Shown here: positions 49,971 through 61,629 of the stretch, piece by piece | Layout: each line of letters begins with the position of its first letter | Position numbering within the stretch: position 1 is the first letter of the stretch | Assembly (NCBI GenBank): GCA_051883515.1 | Contig: JBJETW010000004.1 | Coordinates: 26,861-90,860 of the forward strand | Length of the DNA: 64,000 bases | Direction of reading: 5' to 3' | Source: Candidatus Onthoplasma sp. | GTDB lineage: Bacteria; Bacillota; Clostridia; Christensenellales; UBA1242 | Made by a program: the position numbers and the translations under genes | Notes under the pieces: generated by a model | Database searches by the model: none | What the model was told of the DNA's origin: nothing | Seen by the model: the letters and a program-made list of their open reading frames with translations, nothing else

Positions 49971-50171
49971 TTACTCCTTCGCTCCCGCTATTTTCTTTTT
50001 ATTAAGGGCTGTTTTAACCCTTGCGATATTTTTCTTAACAATTCTGATTCTTGAAGTATCTTGAAGTTGTCCAACCTTGTTTTGGAAAGTGAGATTGAAC
50101 AATTCGCTTCTCAACTTGCTTTCCTCAGCAGTTAACTCTTTTATTGATAAATCATTGTAATTATTCTTCAT
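49971..50171 (-). CDS. rpmC: 50S ribosomal protein L29
   Basis: ELFNL.FQ...[17 protein letters not shown]. Confidence 0.96.
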   Translation of the reverse strand: MKNNYNDLSIKELTAEESKLRSELFNLTFQNKVGQLQDTSRIRIVKKNIARVKTALNKKKIAGAKE

Positions 50172-50592
50172 TGTTTTCACCGCCTTTTTCCTTGCGCACT
50201 ATTTTTGTCTTGCAAGGAAGTTTGTGTGAAGCAAGTCTCAAAGCTTCGAGGCATGCCTCTTCACTTGGTCCACTGACTTCAATAATAACTCTATCACGTT
50301 TTACGACTGCAACGTGTCCAACTTGTGCACCTTTACCGCTACCCATACGAGTATCAGCTGGTTTTTTAGTGATAGGTTTGTGTGGGAAAACTTTAATCCA
50401 TACTTTACCACCACGTTTCATATATCTGTTGATTGCAACACGTGCTGCTTCAAGTTGGTTTGAAGTCATCCAGCATGGTTCTGTTGCTTGAAGACCATAA
50501 TCTCCATAAGTCACCTTGCTTCCACGAATTGCTCTTCCTGTCATACGACCACGGAATTGTTTTCTTCTTTTTTCTCTCTTAGGCAATAACAT
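50161..50592 (-). CDS. rplP: 50S ribosomal protein L16
   Basis: [19 protein letters not shown]. Confidence 0.99.
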   Translation of the reverse strand: MLLPKREKRRKQFRGRMTGRAIRGSKVTYGDYGLQATEPCWMTSNQLEAARVAINRYMKRGGKVWIKVFPHKPITKKPADTRMGSGKGAQVGHVAVVKRDRVIIEVSGPSEEACLEALRLASHKLPCKTKIVRKEKGGENNEE

Positions 50593-50593
50593 A

Positions 50594-51268
50594 TTAGTTC
50601 TCTCCTTTCTTATGATTTACTGAAGCTTGAGAAACTTTGCCCAAGATTTCACCTTTATAAATCCAAACTTTCACACCAATAACACCGAATGTTGTGTGTG
50701 CTTCAACACACGCATAATCAATGTTTGCTCTGATTGTTTGAAGTGGAAGGCTTCCTTCATGGTAATGTTCACTTCTTGCAATTTCTGCTCCGTCAAGACG
50801 TCCTGAAACCATGGTTTTAACACCAACTGCTCCAGCGCGCATAACTCTTTGCATTGCAGACTTCATAACACGTCTGAATTGAGCACGTTTTTCAAGTTGA
50901 GCAGCGATTGATTCAGCCACAAGTTTTGCGTCCAAATCAGGATTTTTAACTTCAACGATGTTAACATTAACTTTCTTAGCTTCTGTCATTTTTTCAACAG
51001 CTTTTTTAAGTGTTTCAACACCAGCACCTTTTTGTCCAATCAAAACACCTGGTTTGCCAGTTGCGATTGTGACAGTGATGCTGTCGTTTGTTCTCTCAAT
51101 CATTACATTTGAGATTGCACAAGCTTTATAATCTTTAAGGATGAAATTACGGATAACATTGTCTTCCTTAATGTTTTTTGCTAAATTTTTCTTGTCTGCG
51201 TACCAAAAAGAATTCCATGTCTTATTGATACCAAGTCTCATTCCATTTGGATTAACTTTTTGTCCCAT
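50594..51268 (-). CDS. rpsC: 30S ribosomal protein S3
   Basis: [28 protein letters not shown]. Confidence 0.99.
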   Translation of the reverse strand: MGQKVNPNGMRLGINKTWNSFWYADKKNLAKNIKEDNVIRNFILKDYKACAISNVMIERTNDSITVTIATGKPGVLIGQKGAGVETLKKAVEKMTEAKKVNVNIVEVKNPDLDAKLVAESIAAQLEKRAQFRRVMKSAMQRVMRAGAVGVKTMVSGRLDGAEIARSEHYHEGSLPLQTIRANIDYACVEAHTTFGVIGVKVWIYKGEILGKVSQASVNHKKGEN

Positions 51269-51271
51269 ATT

Positions 51272-51664
51272 CTACTCCTTATTATCTAGCACAACTTTAA
51301 TGTGGCTAGTTCTTGTCACAATTCTGTCAGCGCCGTGACCACGACCACGGAAGTAAACTTTGTTTACTCTTGTTGGACCTTGTCCAAGAATGATTTCTGA
51401 CAAATACAAATCATGAACATTCATTCCTTTGTTGTTTTCAGCGTTTGCACCTGCTGATTTTACAACCTTTAACAAGATTGCAGCGGCTTCGTGAGGCATG
51501 TTCGCCAAGATTGCAACTGCATCATCATAACTCTTTCCTCTAACTTGGTCGATTACGATTTTTGCTTTTGTTGGAGCAAGTCTTACGTATCTTACGCAAG
51601 CATATGGACGAGTGTCTTTGTTTTGTTTTATTTTTTCTGCTTTTTCTCTAATTCTCTTTGCCAT
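51272..51664 (-). CDS. rplV: 50S ribosomal protein L22
   Basis: KVVKSAGANAENN, RTSHI. Confidence 0.97.
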   Translation of the reverse strand: MAKRIREKAEKIKQNKDTRPYACVRYVRLAPTKAKIVIDQVRGKSYDDAVAILANMPHEAAAILLKVVKSAGANAENNKGMNVHDLYLSEIILGQGPTRVNKVYFRGRGHGADRIVTRTSHIKVVLDNKE

Positions 51665-51673
51665 TTTTTACTC

Positions 51674-51943
51674 CTATTTTGCATCTTTTTGTTTGTGGCC
51701 CTTGAATGTTCTTGTTGGAGCAAATTCTCCCAACTTGTGGCCTACCATATCGACGGTACAGTATACAGGTATATGTTTCTTTCCATTGTGAACAGCAATT
51801 GTGTGTCCAACGAATTCTGGATAGATTGTGCTTGATCTTGACCAAGTCTTCAAAGCCTTTTTCTCACCACTCTCATTCATTGCTTTAATGCGAGCAAGCA
51901 ATTTTTCTTCAACGAATGGTTTCTTTTTTAAACTTCTACTCAT
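51674..51943 (-). CDS. rpsS: 30S ribosomal protein S19
   Basis: [20 protein letters not shown]. Confidence 0.99.
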   Translation of the reverse strand: MSRSLKKKPFVEEKLLARIKAMNESGEKKALKTWSRSSTIYPEFVGHTIAVHNGKKHIPVYCTVDMVGHKLGEFAPTRTFKGHKQKDAK

Positions 51944-51952
51944 AAACTTCTC

Positions 51953-52789
51953 CTACTTGCTATTAGCTCTCTTGACAATAAGTTTGTCAGAAGCTTTTTT
52001 ATGTTTTCTTGTCTTGTATCCAAGAGCTGGTTTACCCCATGGAGTCATTGGACCTGCATGTCCAACTGGAGATTTACCTTCACCACCACCGTGTGGGTGA
52101 TCAACTGGGTTCATTGCTGAACCACGAACTGAAGGTCTAACACCAAGGTGACGTTTACGTCCTGCCTTTCCCAAAGACACAATTTCATTTTCTTCATTTC
52201 CAATTTCACCAATTGTTGCACGACAAGTTGCGAACACTTTTCTCATTTCTCCACTTGGCAAACGAATTGTTGCATATGCTCCTTCTTTTGCCATCAATTG
52301 AGCACTAAGTCCAGCTGAACGAACCATTTGTCCACCACGACCTGGTTGTAATTCAATGTTGTGAATTTTGCTTCCAAGAGGAATTTCAGAAAGTGGAAGA
52401 GCGTTTCCTGGTTTGATTTCTGCGCCAGCACCACTCATAACTTTGTCTCCAACATTGAGTCCTTTTGGAGCAATGATATATCTCTTTTCACCATCTGCAT
52501 ATGTGAGCAATGCGATATATGCTGTTCTGTTTGGGTCGTATTGGATACTTTCAACTTTTGCTTGAACTCCATCTTTATTTCTTTTGAAGTCAATAATTCT
52601 ATATTTACGTCTGTTTGCACCACCGATGTTTCTTACAGTGATTTTACCTTGAGCATTGCGTCCACCAGTCTTTTTAACTGTTGTGAGCAATGATTTTGGA
52701 GCAACGGCGTCTTTTGTCAATTCGTCATATGTTTTGTATGTGACAAATCTGCTTCCAGCAGATGTTGGTTTTCTTGTTCTTATAGCCAT
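51953..52789 (-). CDS. rplB: 50S ribosomal protein L2
   Basis: [20 protein letters not shown]. Confidence 0.99.
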   Translation of the reverse strand: MAIRTRKPTSAGSRFVTYKTYDELTKDAVAPKSLLTTVKKTGGRNAQGKITVRNIGGANRRKYRIIDFKRNKDGVQAKVESIQYDPNRTAYIALLTYADGEKRYIIAPKGLNVGDKVMSGAGAEIKPGNALPLSEIPLGSKIHNIELQPGRGGQMVRSAGLSAQLMAKEGAYATIRLPSGEMRKVFATCRATIGEIGNEENEIVSLGKAGRKRHLGVRPSVRGSAMNPVDHPHGGGEGKSPVGHAGPMTPWGKPALGYKTRKHKKASDKLIVKRANSK

Positions 52790-52801
52790 AACCTACTCCT
52801 T

Positions 52802-53104
52802 TTAGTTCAAGCTCTCGAAGAAGGCGATTGCTTTTGAATCAGCTTTTAAGAAAACAACTGCTTTCTTATAATCGCTTGTCTTTCCAGTCACTTGTCCACT
52901 TTTTGTGTTTCTTGTTTTTGTTTTTCCTTTGCAGTTAATTGTGTTAACTCTGTCAACTTTTACATCAAAAAGTTCTTCAACTGCTTTTTTGATTTCCACT
53001 TTGTTTGCATTTTTTGCAACACGGAAAGTGTAAACTTTGTTTGGGATACCTGCGTATGACTTTTCTGTCATGATAGGCTCTAAGATAATTTCTTGCGCTC
53101 TCAT
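52802..53104 (-). CDS. rplW: 50S ribosomal protein L23
   Basis: TEKS, ANKVEIKKAVE, YKKAVV. Confidence 0.98.
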   Translation of the reverse strand: MRAQEIILEPIMTEKSYAGIPNKVYTFRVAKNANKVEIKKAVEELFDVKVDRVNTINCKGKTKTRNTKSGQVTGKTSDYKKAVVFLKADSKAIAFFESLN

Positions 53105-53727
53105 TATACGTATGCCTCCTCTAATTTTTTGATTGCGTTCTTTGTGAAGACAACAAATGTGTTTTCAACAACTTCTGCAACATTCAAAAGGTCAGCATCA
53201 ACACATGAAACCTTTTTAAGATTTGCAGTTGCTCTTGCAACATTTTCATTCTTTCCATCTGTGACGATGATTGTTTTCTTGTTCAAACCAAATGTTTTCA
53301 AGAATTCACTTGCTTGTTTTGTTTTTGCATCAGCAAAATTGATTTGGTCAAGAATGAAAACTTCATTTTGTCTAATTTTTTGAGAAACAGCGCTTGCAAA
53401 TGCGATGTCACGCATCTTTTTGTTAACTTTTTGGCTGAAATCTCTTGGCTTTGGTGCGAACACAACGCCACCACCTGTGAATTGAGGTGCGCTCTTTTCG
53501 TCGTGACGAGCATTACCAGTACCTTTTTGTCTGTAAATCTTTTTCTTGCTAAGATTTACTTCACTTCTTGTCAAAGTTGATTTTGTTCCTTGACGACCAT
53601 TATTGTGGATTGCCACAACAACTTGGTGGATAAGTGCTTCGTTGTAGTCAGCATCAAACACCATGTCATTCAATTCAACTGTGTCAACTTGTTCTTTTTT
53701 CAAATTATAAACATTGAGTTTTGCCAT
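53104..53727 (-). CDS. rplD: 50S ribosomal protein L4
   Basis: RQGT, RQKGTGNAR, GGGVVFAPKPR. Confidence 0.99.
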   Translation of the reverse strand: MAKLNVYNLKKEQVDTVELNDMVFDADYNEALIHQVVVAIHNNGRQGTKSTLTRSEVNLSKKKIYRQKGTGNARHDEKSAPQFTGGGVVFAPKPRDFSQKVNKKMRDIAFASAVSQKIRQNEVFILDQINFADAKTKQASEFLKTFGLNKKTIIVTDGKNENVARATANLKKVSCVDADLLNVAEVVENTFVVFTKNAIKKLEEAYV

Positions 53728-53738
53728 AGTTTACTCCT

Positions 53739-54371
53739 TTAAGCCTTAACTGCAGACTTGATTGTCACTATTGAATTTTTTGGTCCAGGAATTGCTCCCT
53801 TAATCAAAATAAAGTTTCTATCAGCGTCCACACGAACAACTTTAAGATTTTGAACAGTCACAGTCTCATGACCATAATGTCCAGGCATCTTTTTACCTTT
53901 GAAAACTCTGCTTGGTGTTGAGTTTGCACCCATTGAACCAACTTCTCTATGAACAGGTCCAACACCGTGAGTCATTTTAAGTCTTTGTTGATTCCAACGT
54001 TTGATAACGCCAGTGAATCCGTGACCTTTGCTTGTTCCAGTCACATCAACGACATCTCCTTCTGCAAAAATGTCTGCTTTAATTTCTTGACCAACAGCAA
54101 ATTTTGTTGTGTCGTCAAATTTAAGTTCTTTTAAAACGCGTTTTGCTTCAACGCCTGCTTTTTTAAATGCACCTGCTTGGCATTTGTTTACATTTTTCTC
54201 TTTGATGTCTCCGAAAGCCACTTGAACTGAATTGTATCCATCTTTTTCAGTTGACTTTATTTGAGTCACATAGCAAGGACCTGCTTCGATAACAGTCACA
54301 GGTTCAACTCTTCCGTCATCTGTGAACACTTGAGTCATGCCCACTTTCTTACCTATAATCGCTTTTTCCAC
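53739..54371 (-). CDS. rplC: 50S ribosomal protein L3
   Basis: [26 protein letters not shown]. Confidence 0.99.
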   Translation of the reverse strand: MEKAIIGKKVGMTQVFTDDGRVEPVTVIEAGPCYVTQIKSTEKDGYNSVQVAFGDIKEKNVNKCQAGAFKKAGVEAKRVLKELKFDDTTKFAVGQEIKADIFAEGDVVDVTGTSKGHGFTGVIKRWNQQRLKMTHGVGPVHREVGSMGANSTPSRVFKGKKMPGHYGHETVTVQNLKVVRVDADRNFILIKGAIPGPKNSIVTIKSAVKA

Positions 54372-54382
54372 AGTGTACCTCC

Positions 54383-54691
54383 TTATAATTCAACCTTGAT
54401 GTCCACACCTGCTGGAACGTTCATTTTCAAGATTGTGTCCAAAGCTTTTTGATTTGGTGCGAACACGTCGATTAATCTCATGTGTGTTCTTGATTCAAAT
54501 TGTTCTCTTGAATCTTTATATTTGTGCGTTGCACGAATTACTGTCACAACTTCTCTTTTTGTTGGAAGTGGAACAGGTCCAGACACTTTGCATCCAGACT
54601 TTTCTGCAGTGTCAAGAATTCTTGAAACCACATTTTCAATCAAACCAGCGTCATATGATGCGAGTTTAATTCTAAGTTTTGTTGTTGCCAT
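54383..54691 (-). CDS. rpsJ: 30S ribosomal protein S10
   Basis: [26 protein letters not shown]. Confidence 0.99.
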   Translation of the reverse strand: MATTKLRIKLASYDAGLIENVVSRILDTAEKSGCKVSGPVPLPTKREVVTVIRATHKYKDSREQFESRTHMRLIDVFAPNQKALDTILKMNVPAGVDIKVEL

Positions 54692-54699
54692 ATTTCTTC

Positions 54700-54987
54700 T
54701 CCTTTTTTATTTTAGTCAACACCTAAACCGGAAGACTTTCGTCACTTTTCACTCTTTAAAATGTTTATGACAGTTTAGATAAATCTACTTATACATAAAT
54801 ACACCTTGCCGGGTGTTAAGCACTGATTTCCAAAAATAAATCGGGCAATTTGCCCATATTTTTGCCGGCGTCCAAAAGGACTTTGGTCTTCACAAATTCC
54901 CATTTGTTGTTGCTAACAAATGCAACCTTGTGAGTCTTCCCACATAATCAGCAAGGTTATTCTAGCAAACAACAGCATGTTTGTCAA
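54700..54987 (-). promoter_or_regulatory. S10 operon promoter and structured 5' leader
   Basis: TTGACA(54987-54982)-17 nt-TAGAAT; ~260-nt leader with stems (AACCTTG...CAAGGTT, GGGCAAATTGCCC, GTCC-TTTT-GGAC). Confidence 0.65.
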
Positions 54988-55193
54988 CACTTTTTAAAAA
55001 GTTTTTTCAACAAATTTCACACTCGGGTGTTAAGCAATTTTTCTTCTTTCTCAAACAAAAAACACATTCATCAATTCAATATAGAACCAACATTTTGAAA
55101 TATAAAATTTATAAAGATATCAAATTAACAACAAAACATTCAAACTAAGCCATTAATCTTTACAATTATTTAATTTTGTGATAATATACGGAC

Positions 55194-55523
55194 ATGAAAA
55201 CTTTTGAAAAAAATGATAATGAATTCGTATGTCGCGTATGCGGGAAAAATGTTCCAAAACTCAACTACTCTTCTCGCGACCACTGCAATAATTGCCTATG
55301 TTCAATTCATGTGGACATAAATCCGGGTGACAGAGCAAATTCTTGTTTGGGAACTTTATTTCCAGTTGATGTCACACAAAGCAATAAAAAAGGATATATA
55401 ATAAAATACAAATGTGACAAATGTGGTCAAATTCACAACAACAAATCAGCAACAGACGACAAATTTGGCACAATTTTAAAAGTAATGAACAAAACTTACT
55501 CAATTAAAGATTTTGAAAAATAA
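55194..55523 (+). CDS. RNHCP domain protein
   Basis: FVCRVCG, RDHCNNCLCSIHVD..PGDRA..C.G, CDKCG. Confidence 0.9.
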   Translation: MKTFEKNDNEFVCRVCGKNVPKLNYSSRDHCNNCLCSIHVDINPGDRANSCLGTLFPVDVTQSNKKGYIIKYKCDKCGQIHNNKSATDDKFGTILKVMNKTYSIKDFEK

Positions 55524-55710
55524 AATTTTAAAATCAAAATTAACGAAAATTTCTATTAAAATTCGTAAATTATATAAAAAATTGAAGAAAAAACAATAAA
55601 ACAAAAAATATATCATAAACTTAACATTGAAAAAATTTTCAAAAAAGGTATTTACAAATAAAAAAAGTTATGATAAAATCATTGCAAGTAAAAATTTTAG
55701 GAGAAAATAT

Positions 55711-56151
55711 ATGGCTAATGAATTTGATATAATGACATTAAAAACAATTAAAGATTTAAAAGCAAAAAGTTTTAAGGACTTATATGCAAGATATTTTGCT
55801 CAAACAATGGGTCCAGGTTCGTACACGAAACAATTCAACGACCTTCTAAATTCGAGATATCCTGACCAACGTAGCATTTACATGTTTATGAACGCTTTGA
55901 GACCACACTTAACCGTTTTCTTAAATATAATTGTTAACGAAGTTGCGCCTTATGGAATTTTAAACATGAAAAACATTATAACCGACTTGAACGCCATATT
56001 TAAAGAAATTTTTGATGAACATAATGCTTTATATTATGACATGCAAAAAGGCGGAGAAAAAGAACTTGTTGACCAGATTGCAGAAGAGTTCTTGTATAAC
56101 ACAGTTATTAAAAGTGCAGTTGCAACAAAAGAGAACATCACCACACTTTAA
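55711..56151 (+). CDS. hypothetical protein
   Basis: AGGAG RBS before MANEF; ends at bidirectional terminator. Confidence 0.75.
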   Translation: MANEFDIMTLKTIKDLKAKSFKDLYARYFAQTMGPGSYTKQFNDLLNSRYPDQRSIYMFMNALRPHLTVFLNIIVNEVAPYGILNMKNIITDLNAIFKEIFDEHNALYYDMQKGGEKELVDQIAEEFLYNTVIKSAVATKENITTL

Positions 56152-56178
56152 AAATCTAGCACAATGTGCTAGATTTTT
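56150..56178. terminator. bidirectional intrinsic terminator
   Basis: AAAAATCTAGCAC-AAT-GTGCTAGATTTTT between convergent genes. Confidence 0.85.
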
Positions 56179-57698
56179 TACATCGTTATATTTGATTCGT
56201 CAACACTTAAATCAGGTAAAGTAGTTTCAAGTTGTCGTTTAACTTGTTGATTAAGAGTCTCTTCTTTTGGATTTATAGCATCATAATTTTGTTGTTCTAA
56301 TTCTAGAACATCATTTTCATAAGAAAGTTCAACATCTATATTGCCGTCTTTATTAATCAATGTTTGTAAACCATCATATACTTTGCTTGTTTCTGTTTTT
56401 GTTGTTTCTTCTTTGATTTTTTGTTGCGGATGAACTCTTTTGCCTATAATGCTATAACCAATTGAATCACTCCTATTTTGTTGTTTGTTTTTATTATCTG
56501 CTTTTTTCTCAGCTTTTTTAGGGGCTGGTTTTTTATTTGAACTGGCGCTTGGTTTTTTTGCACCTGCTTGCTTTTTGTCTCCACTCTGCACTTTTGCTTG
56601 CACTGTTTCTTGTTTTTCAGCAACAGGTGGAACAACAATTTTTGAATCTTCTTTTTGTTCAACTTTTTCAAAACCTAAAGTCCTTGCAAGTTCTTTAACT
56701 TTTGAATTCTCTTCGTTTTGAATTCTTTCTTTTACTTCCTTTTCCGCTTTCACAAATTCTTTTGCTGAATCTAGAAGGGTTGCATATTTTTGTGCTTTTA
56801 AAGTAAACACACTTTTGCTTGCGTCCATTTCATTTTTGTCAACTTTCTCAGTTGAAATCAATTTTGAAATGTCCATGTTTAAACCCATGGTTGCTTGGCG
56901 CTTTTCTTGCAAAAACTCTTTTTGTTCGTTTTCTTCAAGCAATCCAATGTTTTCAGCAATTACATTTTCCAAAACTTCATTTATCGTCTTTGCAAAATTT
57001 GGTCTCTTTGGACTGATTAAATTAGATTTATCACCTGAAAATTTAGATAATTCGTCCTTAACAATTTTTTCTAGTTTTGGATATCTTTTTAATATATTTA
57101 AGACATTCAGAGTATAATTTGCTTCAATTTCTTCAATTTCTTCTTCCCTTTTAAGAAGAGTTGCGTTCGCTTCGAGCAAATACTTAAACCTTGAAGCCAA
57201 GCCAAAAAACTCAGCAAGAGTTTCCTCGTCGCAACTAAAGATGTCAAGTGCATCACCCGGAAATTGAGAAATATTCCAATGTCGATACACGGCCGAATGG
57301 TCTACTTCTCCGCTTGTTTTGAGAGTGTCCAAAACATATTCGTTAATATTTGAATATCTTCCGCTGTTAAGTTTATAGTTCGCTTCGTAAGACATTTTTT
57401 CAACAAGAGTCAAAGTCGCTTTGTCTTCTTCAAAAGTGACAATAAACGAAATTTGTTTGTCAAGTTTAAGTTGACTTACGCAGACATCAATATTGTCCAC
57501 AGTGTCAACAAGAAATTTTTTCATGGCAATGAGTTCTTTTTTTATTTCATTTGAAACGACATACTCACCAGATTCATTGAAATCCCCAAGCATACAACCA
57601 AAAATTGTGTGTCGCATATTGTTGAATTTGGCACGAATTATATCTTCATTGTCTTCGATATAGCCCTTTTCGCAATCTGGTTTTAAATACTTTGCCAT
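56178..57698 (-). CDS. hypothetical protein (506 aa, Lys/Ala-rich low-complexity segment)
   Basis: Long ORF with AGGAG RBS; no family recognised. Confidence 0.8.
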   Translation of the reverse strand: MAKYLKPDCEKGYIEDNEDIIRAKFNNMRHTIFGCMLGDFNESGEYVVSNEIKKELIAMKKFLVDTVDNIDVCVSQLKLDKQISFIVTFEEDKATLTLVEKMSYEANYKLNSGRYSNINEYVLDTLKTSGEVDHSAVYRHWNISQFPGDALDIFSCDEETLAEFFGLASRFKYLLEANATLLKREEEIEEIEANYTLNVLNILKRYPKLEKIVKDELSKFSGDKSNLISPKRPNFAKTINEVLENVIAENIGLLEENEQKEFLQEKRQATMGLNMDISKLISTEKVDKNEMDASKSVFTLKAQKYATLLDSAKEFVKAEKEVKERIQNEENSKVKELARTLGFEKVEQKEDSKIVVPPVAEKQETVQAKVQSGDKKQAGAKKPSASSNKKPAPKKAEKKADNKNKQQNRSDSIGYSIIGKRVHPQQKIKEETTKTETSKVYDGLQTLINKDGNIDVELSYENDVLELEQQNYDAINPKEETLNQQVKRQLETTLPDLSVDESNITM

Positions 57699-57865
57699 AC
57701 ACTTCTCCTGTAAAAATTATATCACACGCAAATTTATTATGCAAATATTTTTTCATTTTTTCGACATTGCATTCATTATCGACAACTTTATCAAATTATA
57801 ACACACAATTAATATTTCTCATGTGAATATTATTGAAATTTCATGCGATAATTTATAGCCAAAAT

Positions 57866-58936
57866 TTATTCTGCGCTCTCTGCAAGTTTTCTTTGTTGGT
57901 CTGCAAGAGTGAGTGCTTCAAACATTTCATCAAGGTCGCCGTTCATGAATGCGTCAATGTTATAAATGCTAAGACCAATTCTATGATCCGTCACTCTTCC
58001 TTGTGGGAAATTGTAAGTCCTTATTCGTTCACTTCTATCCCCTGTCCCAACTTGACTTTTTCTGTTTTGTGAATATTCACTTTCTTTTTGTTGTTGATAA
58101 TAATCAAACAATTTTGCTCTCAACATGGCAAAAGCCTTTTCTTTGTTTTGTGTTTGACTTCTTTCGTCCTGACAACTCACAACAATACCAGTTGGAAAGT
58201 GAGTGATTCTAATTGCAGATTCAGTTTTATTAACTTTTTGTCCGCCCGCACCGCTTGACCTAAACAAATCAATTCGTATGTCTTTTTCGTTGATTTCCAC
58301 TTCCGCGTCTTCCATTTCAGGTAAAATTGCAACTGTTGCTGTTGATGTGTGAACACGACCTTGACTTTCTGTTTCTGGAACACGTTGAACCCTATGCACA
58401 CCAGACTCAAATTTGAAAGTTGCATATGCGTTTTTGCCTTTTATTAACGCTTGCACTTCTTTAACCCCGCCGAGTTCAGTTTCTTCAATGTTTAATATTT
58501 CCATTTTGAATTTATGACTATCGCAATACATTTGATACATTCTAAGCAAACTATGCGCAAACAACGCGCTCTCTTCTCCGCCTGCGCCACCACGAATTTC
58601 CATTATGACATTTTTTGTGTCGTTTTCATCTTTTGGCAAAAGCAAGAGTTTAAGTTTGTTGTCACTTTCTTCAATTTTTTCTCGCAATGAATCAGTTTCT
58701 TCTTTAAGCATCTCCTTCATTTCGCTGTCAGTTTCTGTTTCCAAAAGAGAAGTGGCGTCTTCCAACTCTTTTCGCATTTTTTCGTTGTTATCATATTCTT
58801 CCATCAAAGGAACGAGTGCAGAGTGCTCTTTTACTTTTGCTTGCCATGTTTTTATGTCCGCAATCACATTTGGGTCTGCGATTTCGGCAGTGAGAGTGTC
58901 AAACTTATCTTTTATTGATTTTAGTTTTTCAATCAT
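57866..58936 (-). CDS. prfA: peptide chain release factor 1
   Basis: GVHRVQRVPET (PxT), GAGGQ. Confidence 0.98.
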   Translation of the reverse strand: MIEKLKSIKDKFDTLTAEIADPNVIADIKTWQAKVKEHSALVPLMEEYDNNEKMRKELEDATSLLETETDSEMKEMLKEETDSLREKIEESDNKLKLLLLPKDENDTKNVIMEIRGGAGGEESALFAHSLLRMYQMYCDSHKFKMEILNIEETELGGVKEVQALIKGKNAYATFKFESGVHRVQRVPETESQGRVHTSTATVAILPEMEDAEVEINEKDIRIDLFRSSGAGGQKVNKTESAIRITHFPTGIVVSCQDERSQTQNKEKAFAMLRAKLFDYYQQQKESEYSQNRKSQVGTGDRSERIRTYNFPQGRVTDHRIGLSIYNIDAFMNGDLDEMFEALTLADQQRKLAESAE

Positions 58937-58948
58937 ATGAATTCTCCT

Positions 58949-59761
58949 TTATCTTTTAAACACCATTATCCTATCATGACCTTCAATGTCTTTTTTTATT
59001 TCAACAAATTGAAAGTCGTTATATAAAGACATGATTAAATCTTTTTGTTCATCTCCAATTTCCATTATGAGCATTCCATTTGAATTTAAGTGCTTTTTTG
59101 CTTCGTTGTGAATAATATTATAAAATTTTAATCCAAAATCACCACCATCAAGCGCTATCATTGGGTCATAGCACTGCACCTCTTTGTCCAAAGTTTCTAT
59201 TTCGGCAGTGTCAATGTAAGGTGGATTGGAAACAATCAAATCAAATTTATCTTCGATTTTTTCAAACATGTCAGAACGTATAAAATTAATTTCCACCCCA
59301 TTTTTTGTGGCGTTCTGTTTGGCAATTTTCAATGCTTTTGCAGACACATCGCTTGCCATAACTTTCACATCAGCATTTTTTTTGATTGACACTGCAATAC
59401 ACCCAGAACCAGTGCACAAGTCAAGGACAGAATTATATTCATTTTCTTTAATGTATTTTAATGCAGTTTCCACCAAAATTTCTGTTTCAGGTCTTGGAGA
59501 TAAAACATTGTTGTCAACCACAAATTCCAGACCATAAAAATAAGCTTTGTTAAAAATTTTTTCAACTGGCAAATTTTGAAGACGTTTTTTGCACGCTTGT
59601 TGAATTTCGTTTTCTTGTTCAGAAGAAATTTCATCAACCAAACAAAGTTCTGTTCGCTTTATGTTTAGCACTTCCGAACAAATGAAATCCACATCTTCAG
59701 CGTCTATGTCATTTTTTTTAAATTCGTCTTTGAGTGTTTTTCTTAGATTAAATAAATTCAC
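58949..59761 (-). CDS. prmC: release factor glutamine methyltransferase
   Basis: PRPETE, DLCTGSGCI, SNPPY. Confidence 0.97.
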   Translation of the reverse strand: MNLFNLRKTLKDEFKKNDIDAEDVDFICSEVLNIKRTELCLVDEISSEQENEIQQACKKRLQNLPVEKIFNKAYFYGLEFVVDNNVLSPRPETEILVETALKYIKENEYNSVLDLCTGSGCIAVSIKKNADVKVMASDVSAKALKIAKQNATKNGVEINFIRSDMFEKIEDKFDLIVSNPPYIDTAEIETLDKEVQCYDPMIALDGGDFGLKFYNIIHNEAKKHLNSNGMLIMEIGDEQKDLIMSLYNDFQFVEIKKDIEGHDRIMVFKR

Positions 59762-59878
59762 AATTTCCCCCGCACAAATTAAAATTTATTGTAATTTTGT
59801 CTCTTTTTTATCCTTTGAAATTTTTACAATAAAAAAAGCGCCAATTCTTCCATGCAAAAAAGAATGACGCATTTTTAG

Positions 59879-60097
59879 CTATTTTAAGTTGTGTTTTTTA
59901 TTGAATTTATCAACACGACCTTCTGTGTCAACAAGTTTTTGTTGTCCTGTGAAAAATGGGTGACATTTATCGCATACTTCAAGTTTAACAACATCTCCGT
60001 CTTTCACACCTGGTTTTGCAGTTTTTCCGTCAAATTCTGCGCCACAAGCACAAACAAACTTAACTTGAACGTAATTAGGTTGAATATCCTTCTTCAT
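59879..60097 (-). CDS. rpmE: 50S ribosomal protein L31
   Basis: MKKDIQPNY, CACG, CDKCHPFFTG, GRVDKF. Confidence 0.97.
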   Translation of the reverse strand: MKKDIQPNYVQVKFVCACGAEFDGKTAKPGVKDGDVVKLEVCDKCHPFFTGQQKLVDTEGRVDKFNKKHNLK

Positions 60098-60227
60098 ACT
60101 TTCTCCTTTAAGTCTTATATTGCTATGTTCCATTTAAATTTTAAGGTAATTATTTTTTGCCCATTCCGCAATATAATCAATCTTCAAATTTATAACTCCT
60201 AAATTATACTAGTAAAATCTTGTTTTG

Positions 60228-61472
60228 TCAACCGTTTTTTTGATAACTTTTCACAATCTTTGTTGCCACTTCATTAATATCACCCGCTCCAACGAAAGCA
60301 ACCGCATCATAATTCGTTAAATTTTTCTTTAAAGATTTCGCATTGCATAAATATTTTGCATTAATATTCTTCTTTTGCAAGTAATAGCACAATTCTTTTG
60401 CACTTGTTCCTTGCTCGGGTTTTTCTCTTGCTGGATATTCTTTAAAAATAATCAAATTTTTAATTTCAGAAAATACTTTAATAAAATCTTTTAAAAATGT
60501 TTTTGTTCGCGAATATGTGTGCGGTTGAAACACAATCAAACAATTTTGAAATTCATTTTGAAACATATCCGCAAAAGCTTTAACTTCTGTTGGGTGATGC
60601 GCGTAATCAATGAAAATTTTTGTATTTTGCACTTTCCCAACACACTCGTCTCTACGTTTTACACCTTCGAAATTTTTTACAACCATTTTAATTATTTTTT
60701 CTTCAACACCCAAAGATTTGCAAACAGCAAACGCCAAAGCAATATTCTTTTTATTATGTTCGCCTTTAAGTTTTTTTTCAACTTCAATGTCGTCATTAAC
60801 AAACACGACGTTAGCGCATCGTTTTAAAAATTTTGTGGACTCGCAATCAAAAGCAAATCTTTTTTCTCCCCTCTTGAAAAACTTTAAAAAACACGCTCTC
60901 AAATTAAAAATTGTTCCATATGTTTCCATATGCTCTTTTTCAACATTTGTAATCACTGTGACTGTTGGAAAAAGATGTAGAAAACTTTTGTTGAACTCAC
61001 ACGCTTCAACAACAAGAAAATCGTCCCCAATCGAAAATCTTGCATCTTCTATTTCCGCTCCAATATGGCACGAAACTTTTCTGTATTTTGCCTTCAAAAT
61101 TTCATAAATCAAGGTAGATGTCGTTGTCTTTCCATGCGTTCCAGCAACAGCAATCACATTTTTGAATTTTTGACATAACCAGCCCAAAAGTTCAGCACGG
61201 TCAACAATTTTTATTCCACGTTTTTTCATCTCTTGGACATATCGGTTATTTTCCTTAATCGCTGGGGTTTTTACACATAAATCCACAAAACAAAAAGAAT
61301 TTTCAAATTTTTTGCTAATTTTAATCCCTTTCTCTTCCAGTTGTTTGGTGATGTGTGTCAGTTTTCTATCATACCCAAAAACTTTTGCACCCATGTCTTT
61401 TACAGCAATTGCGAGTTGATTCATGCTTATGCCACCAACACCCAAAAACAAAACCGAATTGAAATTTTCCAT
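60228..61472 (-). CDS. murC: UDP-N-acetylmuramate--L-alanine ligase
   Basis: GVGGISM, VAGTHGKTTT, EACEF, DYAHHPTE, FQPHTYSRT. Confidence 0.93.
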   Translation of the reverse strand: MENFNSVLFLGVGGISMNQLAIAVKDMGAKVFGYDRKLTHITKQLEEKGIKISKKFENSFCFVDLCVKTPAIKENNRYVQEMKKRGIKIVDRAELLGWLCQKFKNVIAVAGTHGKTTTSTLIYEILKAKYRKVSCHIGAEIEDARFSIGDDFLVVEACEFNKSFLHLFPTVTVITNVEKEHMETYGTIFNLRACFLKFFKRGEKRFAFDCESTKFLKRCANVVFVNDDIEVEKKLKGEHNKKNIALAFAVCKSLGVEEKIIKMVVKNFEGVKRRDECVGKVQNTKIFIDYAHHPTEVKAFADMFQNEFQNCLIVFQPHTYSRTKTFLKDFIKVFSEIKNLIIFKEYPAREKPEQGTSAKELCYYLQKKNINAKYLCNAKSLKKNLTNYDAVAFVGAGDINEVATKIVKSYQKNG

Positions 61473-61629
61473 ATAAATTCCTCGACATTTTATATGAAAT
61501 TTTAAAAAAATATGTAAATCTTATTGATTATTTTATAAAACGAATTAAAATCATTTGCTTAATAACCAAAATTTGGGTAAAATTATAATGACTACATAGT
61601 AGTTAATCTAAAAAGGAAGGTGAACAGAC

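Noticed and set aside
30620-54691. Numerous antisense and alternate-frame ORFs over ribosomal/translation genes
   Set aside because: Shadow ORFs caused by codon bias of highly expressed genes; no RBS or motifs.
54810-55036. 13-bp direct repeat CGGGTGTTAAGCA flanking the S10 promoter
   Set aside because: Only two copies and no associated mobile-element features; no function can be supported.
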